A stretch of 64,000 bases of DNA from Adineta vaga (lineage: Eukaryota > Animalia > Rotifera), in the NCBI GenBank assembly GCA_021613535.1, contig CP075497.1, forward strand, positions 12,648,001-12,712,000. Reading direction: 5' to 3'. A program made the position numbers and the translations under genes. Positions within the stretch are counted from its first letter, which is position 1. Each line of letters begins with the position of its first letter. The notes beneath the pieces were generated by a model that was not told the DNA's origin, searched no databases, and was given only the letters and a program-made list of their open reading frames with translations. This document shows, one piece after another, positions 1 through 12,917 of this stretch.

Positions 1-1255
1 TAATTATCATAGATACTTCTATTAGTTCGGATATACTTGAAATCAAGTAAAAGTTTGTTTGCATTGATATTCTTATCCTTCGTTTATTCTTTGATATATT
101 ATGTATTGAAGAAACACAACGTTTAGTAGAATATTTTTCCTACTATGGATAGAGTACTGTCCATATATTGAGAACTTTAAAATAGAACTATATTGTTCCT
201 AGAGAAGACATCATATCTCTCAAAGAACATTTTACATCTTCAAAACCTTAGATATATAATACCATTTACCTAATCTTTGTATATCTACCCATGTTTTCTA
301 TTGCGATAAAAATGTGTCATAGTTGCGACGTAACTGCGAAATTTTTACCGCAACTATGCGCAACTGTGACACAGTCTTGGTAATGATAAGAATATCGAAA
401 TAGATTGAAAATGCCAGTAGTTATTCATAAAAAAAGGACATTCATCTAATTAATACGGTGAAATCTCTCTTAATAAATATGTTTTGAACAGTTTCGTTAA
501 TGTTCATCTTAGGAAGGTTTCATTGTACTATAATATTTGATAGAAGTATAATGTATGTTGAATACTTTTTTGCAAAATGTTTAGTAGATAACAAACGTTT
601 ATCTATATCTTGCTTATATTATTCGTGTACATATAATGGCATATCTGTCTATATTCACTTGACGTACACGTTACACTTATTGATGTTTCGATTTTCGCGT
701 GTGAACGATACTTGATTTCATTTCGAAAATGATGATTTTATCTATTAATCATCATCATTCTAAAATGTTCTTGTGAAAGCGTATATAATTTTCGTTAAAT
801 AAAAGATTAAATAAAAAAGTTTAATTAAAAGAATTTCTATTATTCATCAATATGATACAGTATATCATACATTTCTTGATATATACTCATTTCTTTGAAT
901 AACCTATAATTACTTGATAGTTTATTCGCATATTTTCTATTGCGATAAAAATAGCTCGCAAACTGCGACGCGCACTTGCGAAAAATTATGGAGCGATTAT
1001 AGGTAAATTGCGATTTTTTCACCGTAACAACATAGTCGTTGAAAAATATACAATATTGGTTATGGATAAATAATGCAATTTATATTCTGTAGATGAAGTC
1101 ATAACATATTTCAAAAGATTTTATTAAGACTAAAATTCATGTTAATATATATGAAAATAATTTCGAAAAAAAAACACAAATAAAACGTTTTCCAAAGAAA
1201 TTAAGATAAAGCAAAAAGAAAAATAGTTCGTTTTTTATTGATCTTGATAAATCGT

Positions 1256-1594
1256 TCAAGGATGATGACACTTGTTAACACAATTATCGTATTCTTTCTT
1301 GCGATCACAATAGTAGCCACCCGCACCAATTATACAAAAATTTCTTACGCAGACATCCTTACAACGACGCAATTCTTCTTCACGTTGTGCTGTACTCTTG
1401 AAGTAGTTTTTGATTCCTTTAATAAGTTTACCGAATATACGTTTTTCAATCAATCGTTCATTAGAATCAATGACTGTATTACGCTGGTTTAAATAAAGTT
1501 CATTGTCGTCGATATTTTCCATTAAATTTCTTCCTATGCAATTTGATACCAACAACATACTTATTAAGATAAAACATAGAACTTGAGTATTCAT
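1256..1594 (-). CDS. Secreted antimicrobial/toxin-like peptide precursor (signal + acidic pro-region + KR + cationic helix + 6-Cys domain)
   Basis: Single-exon 112-aa ORF: hydrophobic N-terminus, Asp/Glu/Asn-rich pro-segment ending in EKR, mature IFGKLIKGIKNYFKS..., Cys pattern C-x3-C-x4-C-x8-C-x8-C-x3-C; TATA box upstream. Confidence 0.8.
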   Translation of the reverse strand: MNTQVLCFILISMLLVSNCIGRNLMENIDDNELYLNQRNTVIDSNERLIEKRIFGKLIKGIKNYFKSTAQREEELRRCKDVCVRNFCIIGAGGYYCDRKKEYDNCVNKCHHP

Positions 1595-1669
1595 TGTGAT
1601 TTTTCACCAGCAAATGGAAGGTGTTTTTAAATGAAAAAAAAATTGTGAGGTGTAGCTTGCTTTTTCAGC

Positions 1670-1677
1670 TTTATATA
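1670..1677 (-). promoter_or_regulatory. TATA box of the peptide gene
   Basis: TATATAAA on the minus strand ~76 bp upstream of the ATG at 1594. Confidence 0.55.
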
Positions 1678-2248
1678 CAAATCAAACAATGACGTATACC
1701 AAGAGAAAGAAATATTTTGAATAAAAACCCAATCATCCGTATTTTTTTGTATATTTCACGAGATGAAGGATTCGATGTTAGTCACATTACATTTTTACAT
1801 TCTAATGAGACGTGCAGGTGATCAGATCGTAATTTTGTATCTATAAAAACCTTGAACTTGAAGTATATTTTTACCAATCATCCTACTCATAATGGAGGTC
1901 AAAGTCATTTTCTATTTATTAGATACATATTATGTGGATTGTTTTGATAAACAGTTTTTTAAAAAATGACAATCGTATGATAAATGATGAACTGAAAAAT
2001 GATCGAGGTATAAAAGTTCACATAGAAATCTAGATACTGTTTAAACGAAATAATTGAAAGAAGAACGAATGAATAGATGAATAATAACATCGTTAATTTA
2101 TTCTCGACTTATAGTCTTTCTATTGTTACTGATAATCTATTGGATAAAATAAAATAAGTTAAACTTTAATCAATTCTTTTATCTATTTGATAATGAATTT
2201 ATATATAAATACACACGTGTTTTCTTAGAAAAACATCTCGCGTTCAAT

Positions 2249-3285
2249 ATGAATCAAATACTTTCTATTCTTTTATTCACTGTTATATTCTGTTTTGTAA
2301 CAGTGAATAGTAAATCAAAATATGTCTTTCCTTTATTAAATTCACCTTTGCTTACAACACGATCAGCAGGAAAAATCTCATCAGTTACTGTTGAAGAATT
2401 ACCAATTCTTCAATGATCTTTCTATGCGATATTTATCGATTGCATCATCCAGTATAAGAGAACCACATTGGTATGCAAATGCTGATGAATTATAGGTTAT
2501 TGTTTAGTAAGTTATTTGAAAAGATAAATTGATTATTTATTCTTTATATTTTCTTTTAGAATGGTTCAGCTTTAATCACAATTTATGGTAATCATAATGA
2601 ACATGATACATTTATTGTTAATGAAGGTGAAATGTATTTAGTTCCATCAGGTTATTTGGATTAAAGAATAATTCTGCACTTAATTATGTCCAACCTGAAT
2701 ATATATATCCAAATAAATATAAATTTAATGCTGAATGTTTAACGCCTAATATATCGAAATCAGAAGGATTAGTTGAAACAATAACAAAAAATGTTTGGCC
2801 TGTATTAAAAGATGGTAAATTTGAATAAGAAAATAATTTTGAATCTTTTTCTTCCATATAGCTTCAATGTTTTCACTTCGTATAACAACAAATGGTATGC
2901 GTGAACCACATTGGCATCCTAAACAGCTGAAATGGGTTATGTTATTGAAGGTCAAGCTCGAATGACAATTCTTTCATCTATGGTGATTATCAACGATTAG
3001 AAACATATACACTTAAAAAAGGTGATTTATATTTTGTTCCTCGAACTTATCCTCATCATATTGAAAATATTGGAAATGAAACAGTCAGATTTCTTGTCTT
3101 TTTTGATCAATCTGTACCTATGGTGATATTATGGTTTCACGGGAAGTTTTTCAGCTTATTCACGTGAAACAATTGCTGCGTCGTTGGATTGTCAACTTAA
3201 AGATTTACCTCAATTACCTTTTTATCCAGAAAGTTTACTCATTGTTGAACGAGTCAATCCAGTTGGTCCAATAGTTAAAGAATAG
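2249..3285 (+). pseudogene. Secreted bicupin oxalate decarboxylase/oxalate oxidase-like pseudogene (OxdC family)
   Basis: Signal peptide MNQILSILLFTVIFCFVTVNS. Cupin 1: IREPHWYANADELGYCLNGSALITIYG...GEMYLVPSGY. Cupin 2: GMREPHWHP-TAEMGYVIEGQARMTILS...GDLYFVPRTYPHHIENIG...FFDQSVPGDIGFTGSFSAYSRE. GT-AG introns 2507-2559 and 2815-2861; at least 6 frameshifts and an internal deletion near 2660. Confidence 0.85.
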
Positions 3286-3361
3286 ATTTTTCTCTCTCCT
3301 TTTTTCATTTAGAAAATTCAACAATTCATTTGTATTGATTAGATAATAAATTTCATAATAA

Positions 3362-3530
3362 AAGAAAGTGTAACAGATCTTGTTTTACTTTACTTCCATC
3401 TTTTTTGATCATGGAATACATTTGAAAATGATCTCTTTTTGAATTTCATTTTCATGAATCATATTGTTAATGTCTGATATCTATCCGTATTTCATAACTT
3501 GATTATGATTTGTTCGTCTTACGAAAATGA
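3362..3530 (+). pseudogene. Decayed fragment paralogous to the 6458-6843 gene
   Basis: aaagtgtaacagatcttgtt...tcatggaatacatttgaaaatgat matches ~6534-6613 with indels. Confidence 0.6.
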
Positions 3531-4056
3531 ATCATCATTAACTAATGCAAAGAATATAAAGAAGAATTTCTTCTTATTCATTCATTTAATCGAAAATATT
3601 TGTCTAAACAAAATTACCAACAATTGTTGAATATGTCAAAGAAAATGTTGATATTTGAAGAATTATCAACAGAAATTTATTATGAAATATTCGATTATTT
3701 ATCATCAAATGATATCATTTCTACATTTTTCGATTTAAATCAACGATTCAATCGAATTATAATGAATTATTCTCGATATTTACATCATTTTATAACACCA
3801 ATAAAGAATTTATCTTTTTGGAAAAGAATTCTTCCTGAAATTAATTCTCAAATTCAATGTTTAACAATAACACAAATCAATTCATATTTTTCATTAAATT
3901 TATTTCCTAATATTCAATGTTTAATATTATCTTGTCCATTACCAATTTATGATGATGAATTTGATTTAATAATTAAGAGTGAACAATTTAAAAAATTAAA
4001 TTCATTTAAAATGAAAACACAAATTGTTAAAAGAGATAATATTTATTATAATGATA

Positions 4057-4800
4057 CTAGCGCAGATACCCGCTGCGAAAACGACACAATTTACGTTTTT
4101 CATCTACAACCGTGCTTTTCTCATCACCCACAGGACCTCTCCGTTCGTATTTATCCGTCGTGTATCAAAAAATCCTCACACCCTCCTTTTCCGCCCTGAC
4201 TTAGTTAGTGTAATCTTTCAGGTCGTCACTCAGCGTACGTTACCTGTCTTCCACACGTCTTTCTCCTCCGTACTGAGATCCTTCCTATATCCCTTTTCGC
4301 GTCATGCACCAGGTCTTTTTTTCAGAACTTCGCATCTCTTCATTACTTCTTTCCTACTGATTTTGTCTCGCTATGCATACGATATACAGCTCTGCTCCTT
4401 TTAAATCCACTCCTACTGTCCCGCTGCAACACCAGTCCCATTCTACACCTACTGTCGCGCCGCAAGTCATTCTCTACTGTATAAACTTCACTTCTACTCT
4501 ATACAGGTAGAACAGTCATTTCACTCCAAATTCAGTTTTTTTGAGAACCCAACCCACGCTTTGTAGTTGTCTATCCTAGATGCAGACACCCACACACACC
4601 CTCATTCCTATATGCCATCTTGAGAGCGAAATTTCACACACGCCGCCACCCCCGTCCCTTGATGGCCATTCTAACCCCTTGTCGACCTTCCTCTAGATCG
4701 AGGGAAGCATTGTGGAAAGTTTGGTGACGTTAGCTGTTCCAGGGAACGTACGCATAACGAACAAACTTTCTTCTTTATATATATATATATATATAGAAGA
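4057..4800 (-). mobile_element. Non-autonomous Helitron-like element
   Basis: Minus strand reads A|TCTTC(TA)n AAAGAAGAAAGTTTGT...CGGGTATCTGCGCTAG|T: TC/CTAG ends in an A^T target. Internal blocks are shared with the 4895-5416 element. Confidence 0.7.
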
Positions 4801-4894
4801 TTATATAGATAGATAGATAGATATAGATTAAAGAACCTTTAATTGTCACATTTATTGCAAGAAATAAATAGTATCAAATAAAAAAGCCTCAAAA

Positions 4895-5416
4895 CTAGAG
4901 CACATTCTGTATTTTTCTACCAAAATGACGACAATTGAAATTCAATATGACTTGGGTGAAATTTCACCCAGACACCGATTCCCACTCTCAAATCAATATA
5001 TTTTGATACGGAACGTGTAAATTATCGTAGATGTGCGCTCAGACGGCCTTCGGCCGCCTTCGCTATCAATTATTTAAAGTTTTTGAAATGCTGCAATCCT
5101 ATTGGTCAGTTTCATAGATTGCCCGTAGGAAGCGTAGAATTCATTTTTTTTTCAAACAAAGTAAATGTCGACCTTCCCGTGGGCCTAGAGAAGCATTGTG
5201 GAAAGTTTGGGAATGTTAGCTATCATTGAACTGCCTGGGTGAAATTTCACCCACGCTCCCCATCCTCACCCCCCGATGACCATTCTAACCCCATGTCGAC
5301 CTTTCCTGGGACCTAAGGAAGCATCGTAGAAAGTTTGGTGATCGTAGCTATTACAGCGACTGAATGCATAGCGAACAGACAGACAGACAAACTTTCTTCT
5401 TTATATATATAGAAGA
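4895..5416 (-). mobile_element. Second non-autonomous Helitron-like element, same family
   Basis: Same terminal sequence (caaactttcttctttatatatatagaaga), (GACA)n microsatellite and CTAG end. The block gtcgacctt...gaagcat...gaaagtttgg recurs at ~4680, ~5166 and ~5294. Confidence 0.65.
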
Positions 5417-6457
5417 TAGATAGAAGAAGAAGATATATATATAGTTACTTCAACATATCTCATCAACTTTCCTTACATTATTTCTGTTGTTTTTGTTTAA
5501 TTGATTTGTAGGTTATTTCCATGCATAACTCAGCATATTATTATTTGATTATCTGTTCTCTAATTATTGTATCTAATTGGTGCTATTGCTACTCTCTTTT
5601 CTTCTCATTATCGACATCTGTCACTATTCTTTAAAGTAAAGTGCTAAAACATCTGCAGTTATTTTTAGTAAAATAAAATGAAAAACACTATTTTGCTTTA
5701 CTATTTCTTGATTAAATATGTTCTTATTCGTCATAGTTGATGGTATTATAGAGAAAAGAAAGTTTCACTGTATTGAGTTTTTGTTAAAAATAAAAGAATC
5801 GATGAATTTGTTTGTATTATTATTTCTTTATGCATAGTAAATTATTTTTCTCAATCGAATGAGTCGAATGAGATTATTGCAAAAAAACGAGATATTATTC
5901 ATAGTAATCATATAACTAGTTTTTCTAGAATATTTAATTTAGAAAATTCTTTAAATATATTTGAATCTTTATCAGAATTTAATAGATATTTTCGTTTAAA
6001 AATGATTTTAAATCTTCAATCATTATCAATGAAACTAATGGATATAGGATTATTCTTATATTTATTAAAATTTACTCCAAATTTGAAATATTTAAATATA
6101 ATTATATCTGTAATTGGTTTTACTAATCAATTATTTATCGATGAGAATTTTTCTCATATAAAATTAGAAAAAATTTCTCTTTCATTTGAAAATTGTGCAT
6201 TTAATGAGAAAATTTTTCTTTCATTATTTTCATTTATTAAACAATTTTCATCGTCATTAATTTCTTTATCATTAAATTCAAGTCGAATTCCTCTTTGTAA
6301 CTATGAAATCAATGGTTTTATTCTCTATGAACAATTATTAAAATCAATGATAAAATTACAAATGAAGATTGAATTTATTTTGATCAAATAGCGACCTCTT
6401 TCTAAGAAATGACAATCTAACGAACGAACAATCCATCATTTAAAAGAAAAGAAAAGA

Positions 6458-6843
6458 ATGTCGAAAGATAAATCTTTTGATGAAAATGATTTTTCATCAA
6501 TTGTTGCTCGAAGTTTTCGTCATATAATCGAAAAAAGTGTTACAGATCTTGTTCTACCATATAAAATCTTAGCACTTTCACATCATTCATCATGGAATAC
6601 ATTTGAAAATGATTTTATTCAAATATTAAAACAAAATTCAATTGATCATGAAGTAAATTTCTTCATTAATTCTTTTTTATTTTTATTTATTTCGATTTTT
6701 AGGAATTTCTTCTTTTACATAATTTTAATTTCCATAAAAATTATTTCAATGAAAATGATATTTATTGTCAATCATTATTTAAATTCAACATAGATTTGAT
6801 TCCAACTCAATCAGATTTTGATCGTTTATGTCAATTATTGTAA
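6458..6843 (+). CDS. Small 2-exon protein of unknown function (~111 aa)
   Basis: Exon 6458-6652, GT-AG intron 6653-6702, exon 6703-6843 in frame to TAA; decayed paralog at 3362-3530. Confidence 0.65.
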
Positions 6844-7681
6844 ATTGAACTATTATCGTTGATTGTAGATATATATATTTGTATTTATTGAAAATATTAT
6901 TGATATTTCATTTCCTTTTTTTATGAAATAATAAATTATTTAAAAGAATCAGATGACTGAAATCATTATCATTAGAATAGGAATTATTTATCAAGACAAT
7001 TGAGAAAAATTTGAGCAAATTTTGGAGAAACTATAGTCATTAATACTAATTAAATAAAGTATATTTATGAAATATTTTGTGAAACTTTAATATAACAGAC
7101 ATATATGAAATTTTTCTATTTAACTTGAGGAATAAAAATTGAAATTCTTCTGATTTTTAGCCGAAATACTAAGACAAACAAGAGAAATAAAACTTGAAAA
7201 TACAATTCTTCTTAATGATAAATATCAAAGTTCATATCTATCTCTCCTTATAATTTAAGAGAAACGATACGATGGATTAATAATGCCTTCATCTGTTATC
7301 TGAAATAGACATGAAAAAATAAATCAGAATACAACTTTTTCTGTCGAAGATGCACAAACGTGACGAATAAAATCGAATAACTTTTTATGAAATTATTCTC
7401 TACTTGATTTGTATATGTCAAGTTGTTCGACCCGAGTAAATTAGTATTTCATTATGTGACTTCGATCATCGTAAGTATTTGTGATAAGAAAGCTTCGGGG
7501 GTATATGACGTCACATAAGACTATTTTGAAGAAACTGAATTCAACTTTCGAATTTGACACTATATTGAAAGAAAGATATTTTTATTATTATAATTTTTGA
7601 ATTTGTACAAGAGAATACATTGAATTAAAACGAGACAAACAAAAGCAAAGTACACTGTCGATTGATATATTATAAAATAGA

Positions 7682-8845
7682 TTAAAGATCTATTGGAGCA
7701 TTTCTTGTTTTGGGATTATTTATTGGTGAAGTTTGTGATTTAATTTTTTTTGATAAAGAATTTCTATTTGTTGTTAAATGAAATTTTTCAATAAGAAATT
7801 CGGGTAAAAGAAGTGAAATCATTTCCATACGAAATTGTTGTGACATTAAACAATACATAATAAATGTAATAAATGATGAAATTATTGTTGAAATATCCCA
7901 AAAATCTCCTAATTGAGAATATAATAAAAAAAATTGTTTATCAATTCCAATTAAAATTAAGAAAAAACCTTGTGGTAATTCAACAAAAACATTACATAAT
8001 GTTATTAAAACTAACATTGTTGTTGTTCGTAATTCACGTTTTAAATTCGATGAAGAATTCATTGATGAACAACGATGACGAAGACGTTCGCGTAATTTTC
8101 TTGCATGACGAATATTTAAGATTAATAAAACACTAAATATAATTAAAATAAGAACAGGAGACATTTTTAAACATATGGCAATTATTCCAAATGAAATCTT
8201 TTCTAAACCATTTCCTGTTGCTTGATTTACCCAATAAACTGTTTCATTCGAATTTGATGAATATAATTCGGGTAATAAGTGATGAGCAGGATATAAATTA
8301 ACACTCCATGAAAAATAATTTGGAATCATTAATAAACATACAATGATACCAAATATCCAAATTAATATTGTGACATGAGTCGAATTTACTTGAACTTGTT
8401 TGGGTTTTGATATTATTGTGTAACGAATCTTAAAAAGAAAATTTTTCATGAAAAATCTTATTGAAAGAAAAAACACATTTACGATTGCAAGAAGACAAGT
8501 TAGCCATAAAGCAATTGAATGTGCTGTTAAACCAACATTGGAATGAAATATTGCAAAACGTATCCAAAATAATGGTTGACCAACGAATGGATTTGGATCA
8601 TGAAGAATATAAAAATAAAATGAATAGATATTATAAGATAATAAGACAACTGTATCAAAAAATGCCACATGTTGAAGAATTAAATTTGTTGGAGTTTGAA
8701 ATGTTTTTCGATTTAATATTAGAATTGTTACTATACTTGTTAATATACCAATTATTGTTATAGGAAAGACGATTCGGCCATGAATTTGGGCATAATTTTC
8801 ACTGAATTTAACAAAAAATTCACGAGATTGATTTGAAAACATCAT
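7682..8845 (-). CDS. Rhodopsin-like (class A) GPCR, FMRFamide/myosuppressin (DMSR/Srw)-like
   Basis: Seven hydrophobic segments; TPTNLILQHVAFFD, HSIALWLTCLLAIIRY, RTTTMLVLI..FVELPQG, FIMYCLMSQQFR. One 54-bp stopless intron at 8429-8482. Confidence 0.9.
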   Translation of the reverse strand: MMFSNQSREFFVKFSENYAQIHGRIVFPITIIGILTSIVTILILNRKTFQTPTNLILQHVAFFDTVVLLSYNIYSFYFYILHDPNPFVGQPLFWIRFAIFHSNVGLTAHSIALWLTCLLAIVNVFFLSIRFFMKNFLFKIRYTIISKPKQVQVNSTHVTILIWIFGIIVCLLMIPNYFSWSVNLYPAHHLLPELYSSNSNETVYWVNQATGNGLEKISFGIIAICLKMSPVLILIIFSVLLILNIRHARKLRERLRHRCSSMNSSSNLKRELRTTTMLVLITLCNVFVELPQGFFLILIGIDKQFFLLYSQLGDFWDISTIISSFITFIMYCLMSQQFRMEMISLLLPEFLIEKFHLTTNRNSLSKKIKSQTSPINNPKTRNAPIDL

Positions 8846-9710
8846 TTAGCATTATTTTTAAGAAAAAGATTTTGATCGTTTCAGGATTGTTTTACCGGGT
8901 AAATCTTCTTTTAAAAAATCTTAAAAAAAAAAGAAACGAAATGTGATAATATATTGATCTAATCTTAAAAATGCTTTCCAAAGAAGTTTAGATGTGTTCT
9001 GCCTTTAGGCGATCAGTCATGCATCGAATCAATCATGACATCCATTATATATGAATATCTGAAATGAATGAGGAAATGAGAAAAAACAAACTTGACTTTT
9101 TTCTCTTCTCCGAAAAAAGAAACGGGAAGATTTCTTTCTCTTCTCTTTCCTATTATTATTAGATATGATTACCTTTTAATTTCAATTGAAAAGAATTACA
9201 ATGATAAATGAAACTCTTTCATTATTATCAAATCATTAGAAATTTTATTTTAAGAAATGATAATTAGCTCTTACTTGTTTAGAAATGGAAAAAAATAAGA
9301 AAATGATCTTCTTTTATCTTGAAGAGAAAATCTTTTCCAATAAGATTTATCCTTTCGTGTTTATTGATCATATCTCGAAAAAGTCTTAACTAAATCATTC
9401 TCATTTAGATAATTGATTAGATCTATAGAATACTAATTACAATGATCTTATTTGTTCTATTCGAAAGCATTTTCTTGAAATCGAATGAATTCTTTCAATT
9501 AAAAGAGTTTTTTTTTAAAATAAAAGAGAAATCAAATAAAACTTATTTAAATAAATCAATTATCGATTTCCGGCAAAAAGAAAACAAATCAATTGTACTC
9601 TTTCAGTATCAACTGATTAATCTCGAAATAAAATATGCTTTTTTTCAGAAATCATTTACCTTAATTCATTGATTTTGGATAAAAGCAAAGAATTTGTATG
9701 AAACCTTTCT

Positions 9711-10224
9711 ATGCGATGGATTTTGTTTTTTAATGTACTCAGAAAGTGAGTACACTACTATCATCGGACGAGTTCGAAGATGAGAGTGATCTCTCGAGAA
9801 ATGGCTGAGTTATCGAAAAAATTGTCATTATTAGCCAGATCATCGCTGAGGGAGGATACGGGGTTTTTTTTCAAAATTATTGAAAGAATGTATGAATTGA
9901 CTCAGTTTTTAACGCTGATTCCGAATATGATATTGGTTTTGCAGCTAGTTAGAAGAACTATCAAAATAGAAAAACATGATCTCCATACCTATTGATATTG
10001 ATGATCTATCATAGATCTCTGGTAGATTCATGAAGTTTCATATGACCGTCAATCCGATAGATTCAAACACAAAGATTCATTCAGAAATAAGTCATCAGAA
10101 ATCTTGCCCATCAGAAAATGTCTCGTGATAATTTTGGTATGTAGACATTCTTATAATGGTTCATCTCTCTCGTACCCTTTTTTGCAGTACACGCAACTTT
10201 CGGATAAAATCCGATGTTTCCGCA
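9711..10224. mobile_element. Degenerate non-autonomous DNA transposon relic
   Basis: Loosely complementary ends (atgcg..ggatttt..tgtact..gtac / gtac..agtaca..aaaatcc..cgcat) and higher GC than the flanks. Confidence 0.35.
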
Positions 10225-10604
10225 TTTATTATTAAATACAAAAGATTTCAAATCTATTTTGAATTTATTCGTCTGTCTTCATCAGATTTTGAACAATAAT
10301 AATATAAAACTTTTCATGAATTAGCAATTTTCTTTCTCGATATTAGATTTCTATTAATGAATTGATATGATCATAAAAATGAAATTTTATGATTCGTTAT
10401 TTAATAAACGAGAGAAGAGAAATTGTACGATGAAGAAGAAAGAAAGAAAAAAAAAGAATTTTTCTTGTTCTGTTTGTCACGTAAAAGAAAGAAAAAGAAT
10501 TTGAACGAATGAAATTTGAAAGAATGCCATCTATCTTGAGTTGACCTTTACCTGTACATATAGAGTCTCTTTTTCATTGATTTCTTTCAAAAAAAAAAAG
10601 AAAG

Positions 10605-12917
10605 ATGGCTGAATCATTGAACTTATTTTATTCAATGTTTCTCGTCGTAATTTATCTCTTAGGTTATTTTGTTCATTTAAATGGTTCGTATTTATCTTCT
10701 TTTTTTTTACAAAATAGAAAGAAAACTAAACTTTGTTTGAATAGAATGTGTACCTGGATGTACACTCGATCGACCATTACTAGGAGAATTTTATTCGTAT
10801 GAAAATGGTTTAGAAACTCATTCATCATTTAAAGAAACTGGTGATATTGAAAGAAGATTTTATCGAAGAGAATCAGGTGCAGGAGCAACAAGAAAAGATA
10901 CAGGTGGTCTTCTTGTTAATGAAGATTTAGGTGAATGTTTTAAATTATCAATTAAACAAAATTATTATGAAGTCATTTATAGAGACAAGTAATTGATATT
11001 TTTTTTCAAGAGATTTTTCATTTTCTTTTTGATAAAACCAATAGATCACAATCTTGTTTTCAATGTTATCAAATATTTAATCGAACAAAAAATATCAATC
11101 AAATTAGAAAAAGTATTTTATTAATTTAGTTGTAAAAATAAAATAAAATAAAATAAAATAAATATTTTAAGGTTCATGTGGAGAAACAACATCATTAGTT
11201 TCAAATCAAATGAATTTTGATGATTTATGTCGATCAATTGATGAACAAAGTGAATTTATTACACTTTTTTGTAAGTTGATTTTCTAAGTTTAGTTTTAGA
11301 AAAAAAATCATTTTGTTTCTAGTAAAAACATATTCAGCGGAAGAATGTCGTCGAACTATTTATGGAACATTTCATTTTACCTATGAATTTCGTGAAGGTG
11401 GTATTGGCATTTGTGATAATCCATCGTCACGTTTAATTTCATGTCCAGATCCAGGTACACCATTTGAAGCTATTAATGAACGTTTTAGAATGAAATATGG
11501 ATATTGTAAATATTTAACATCATCATTTGATGCTGATCAATTAAATCAATGTTTGGGTTCTTGGTCAACACCTGATGGAAATATTATTACTGCTATTGCT
11601 AATGAACGAGTGGGTTCTGAACGTTGGTATGATAAGTTTCGTTGTATGTTAACAAGACAAGATCAACCACAATGGTTTGCAAAATCTTTATTTGCTGAAT
11701 GTTCATCTTTATCAAGTCCAACGGATGGACCGGAAAAAGTTATTATTACACCTGTTATTCCTGAAGAAGTTTGTGAACTATACTTTTGTTTTAAATTAAC
11801 TATTGATTCTATTTTCTTTAGCCAATTGCTTCATGTTATTTTCCAAGTAATTTAACTGGTCAATGGATAAATACAGCAAATGTGAATGCACGAGTATTAA
11901 TCAATGCAACACATATTCATGAAATAGCTAAAGTTAATAATCGTGGTTGGTTAAGAGAAACTTATTATGTTTGTCAACAAACATCTCGTAGTCAATACTT
12001 AGTTAAAGCTGTTACCAAAGGAGAATGCTTCTCTTATTATATTTGTTTTGATTTCAAAGATCGTCATCATAATGTTCTTAGATATAGAAAATCCAAATCG
12101 TTTATGTCGAATTTATATAAATTATATCCAAATCGTGATCCTTTTTATGAAGTTTGTTCATGGACAAGCTTTGGTAATGATGCGAATTGGAAATATCAAA
12201 TATTTGTATTGGATCCACCTGCACCAATTGAATGTCCATTTACAGGTATGTGGACATTTAAACAAGTTGGTCAACCAAGCTCCTTAATTCATACACGTAT
12301 TCGCGGAGGTGTCACACCTCGTCCCCGTGATCATGGTTGGTATATCACTTGTGATCCGAAATATATGGTTTCACAATGGTCAATTTGTGGTGATCAAACC
12401 AAGTCAATGTTTGCTGATCGTGAATATTGTCGACAACTAGATCCATATGGAACACCGATTGGTGTTTATGAACAACCTGATTATATTTATCAATGTGCTG
12501 GATATTGGAGAGAAGATTCACGTTCAATGATGGTTACATATGATCGTGATGATCCTTATATTAATTATAAATGTTGGGTTTATGAAAGAAGAGATTTAAC
12601 AACAATAACCTTGTCACGATCTGCTGGTTCAGCTTGTGGTTTTAATCAAACATCGGAAAGTTATCGTCCAGAAGATGGTGCTGATCTTGCTGTTACTTTA
12701 ATTGAAGCTGAAAGGATTCGTGAGTTGATTTCATAGAAATATGTTCATTTATTTGATTGTTTTTAAAATAGATGATGATTGTCCAATTCGTTATGATGAT
12801 GGTCGAAATGTGTTTATTGATTTAGAAGAATTTAATTTTTATTATGCTAAATCGTCAAATATTGAAATGAATCGAATCTTTTTTCTTATCTTTTTTTGTT
12901 TTATTCATTTAATTTAG
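10605..12917 (+). CDS. Secreted/GPI-type Cys-rich repeat-domain protein, copy A (resembles the DUF7042/DUF7043 invertebrate family)
   Basis: 7 exons (introns 10684-10744, 10989-11044, 11113-11171, 11271-11322, 11769-11821, 12720-12771). Signal peptide; repeated C-(L/A)-G-x-W...F/Y-(R/K)-C modules; C-terminal hydrophobic tail IFFLIFFCFIHLI*. Family name is from recall, not a search. Confidence 0.85.

Larger units (their letters stand above)
3633..6391 (+). pseudogene. F-box/LRR-type gene split by ~1.86 kb of inserted repeats
   Basis: N-terminal F-box-like MLIFEELSTEIYYEIFDYLSSNDIISTFFDLNQRFNRII (from 3633) breaks at ~4056. Leucine-rich coding resumes at ~5920 (SRIFNLENSLNIFESL...NLQSLSMKL...FTPNLKYLNI) and stops at 6391. 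Confidence 0.7.

Noticed and set aside
4024-4404. 126-aa ORF and the C-terminus of the 3600-4199 ORF
   Set aside because: Read-through into the Helitron-like insertion.
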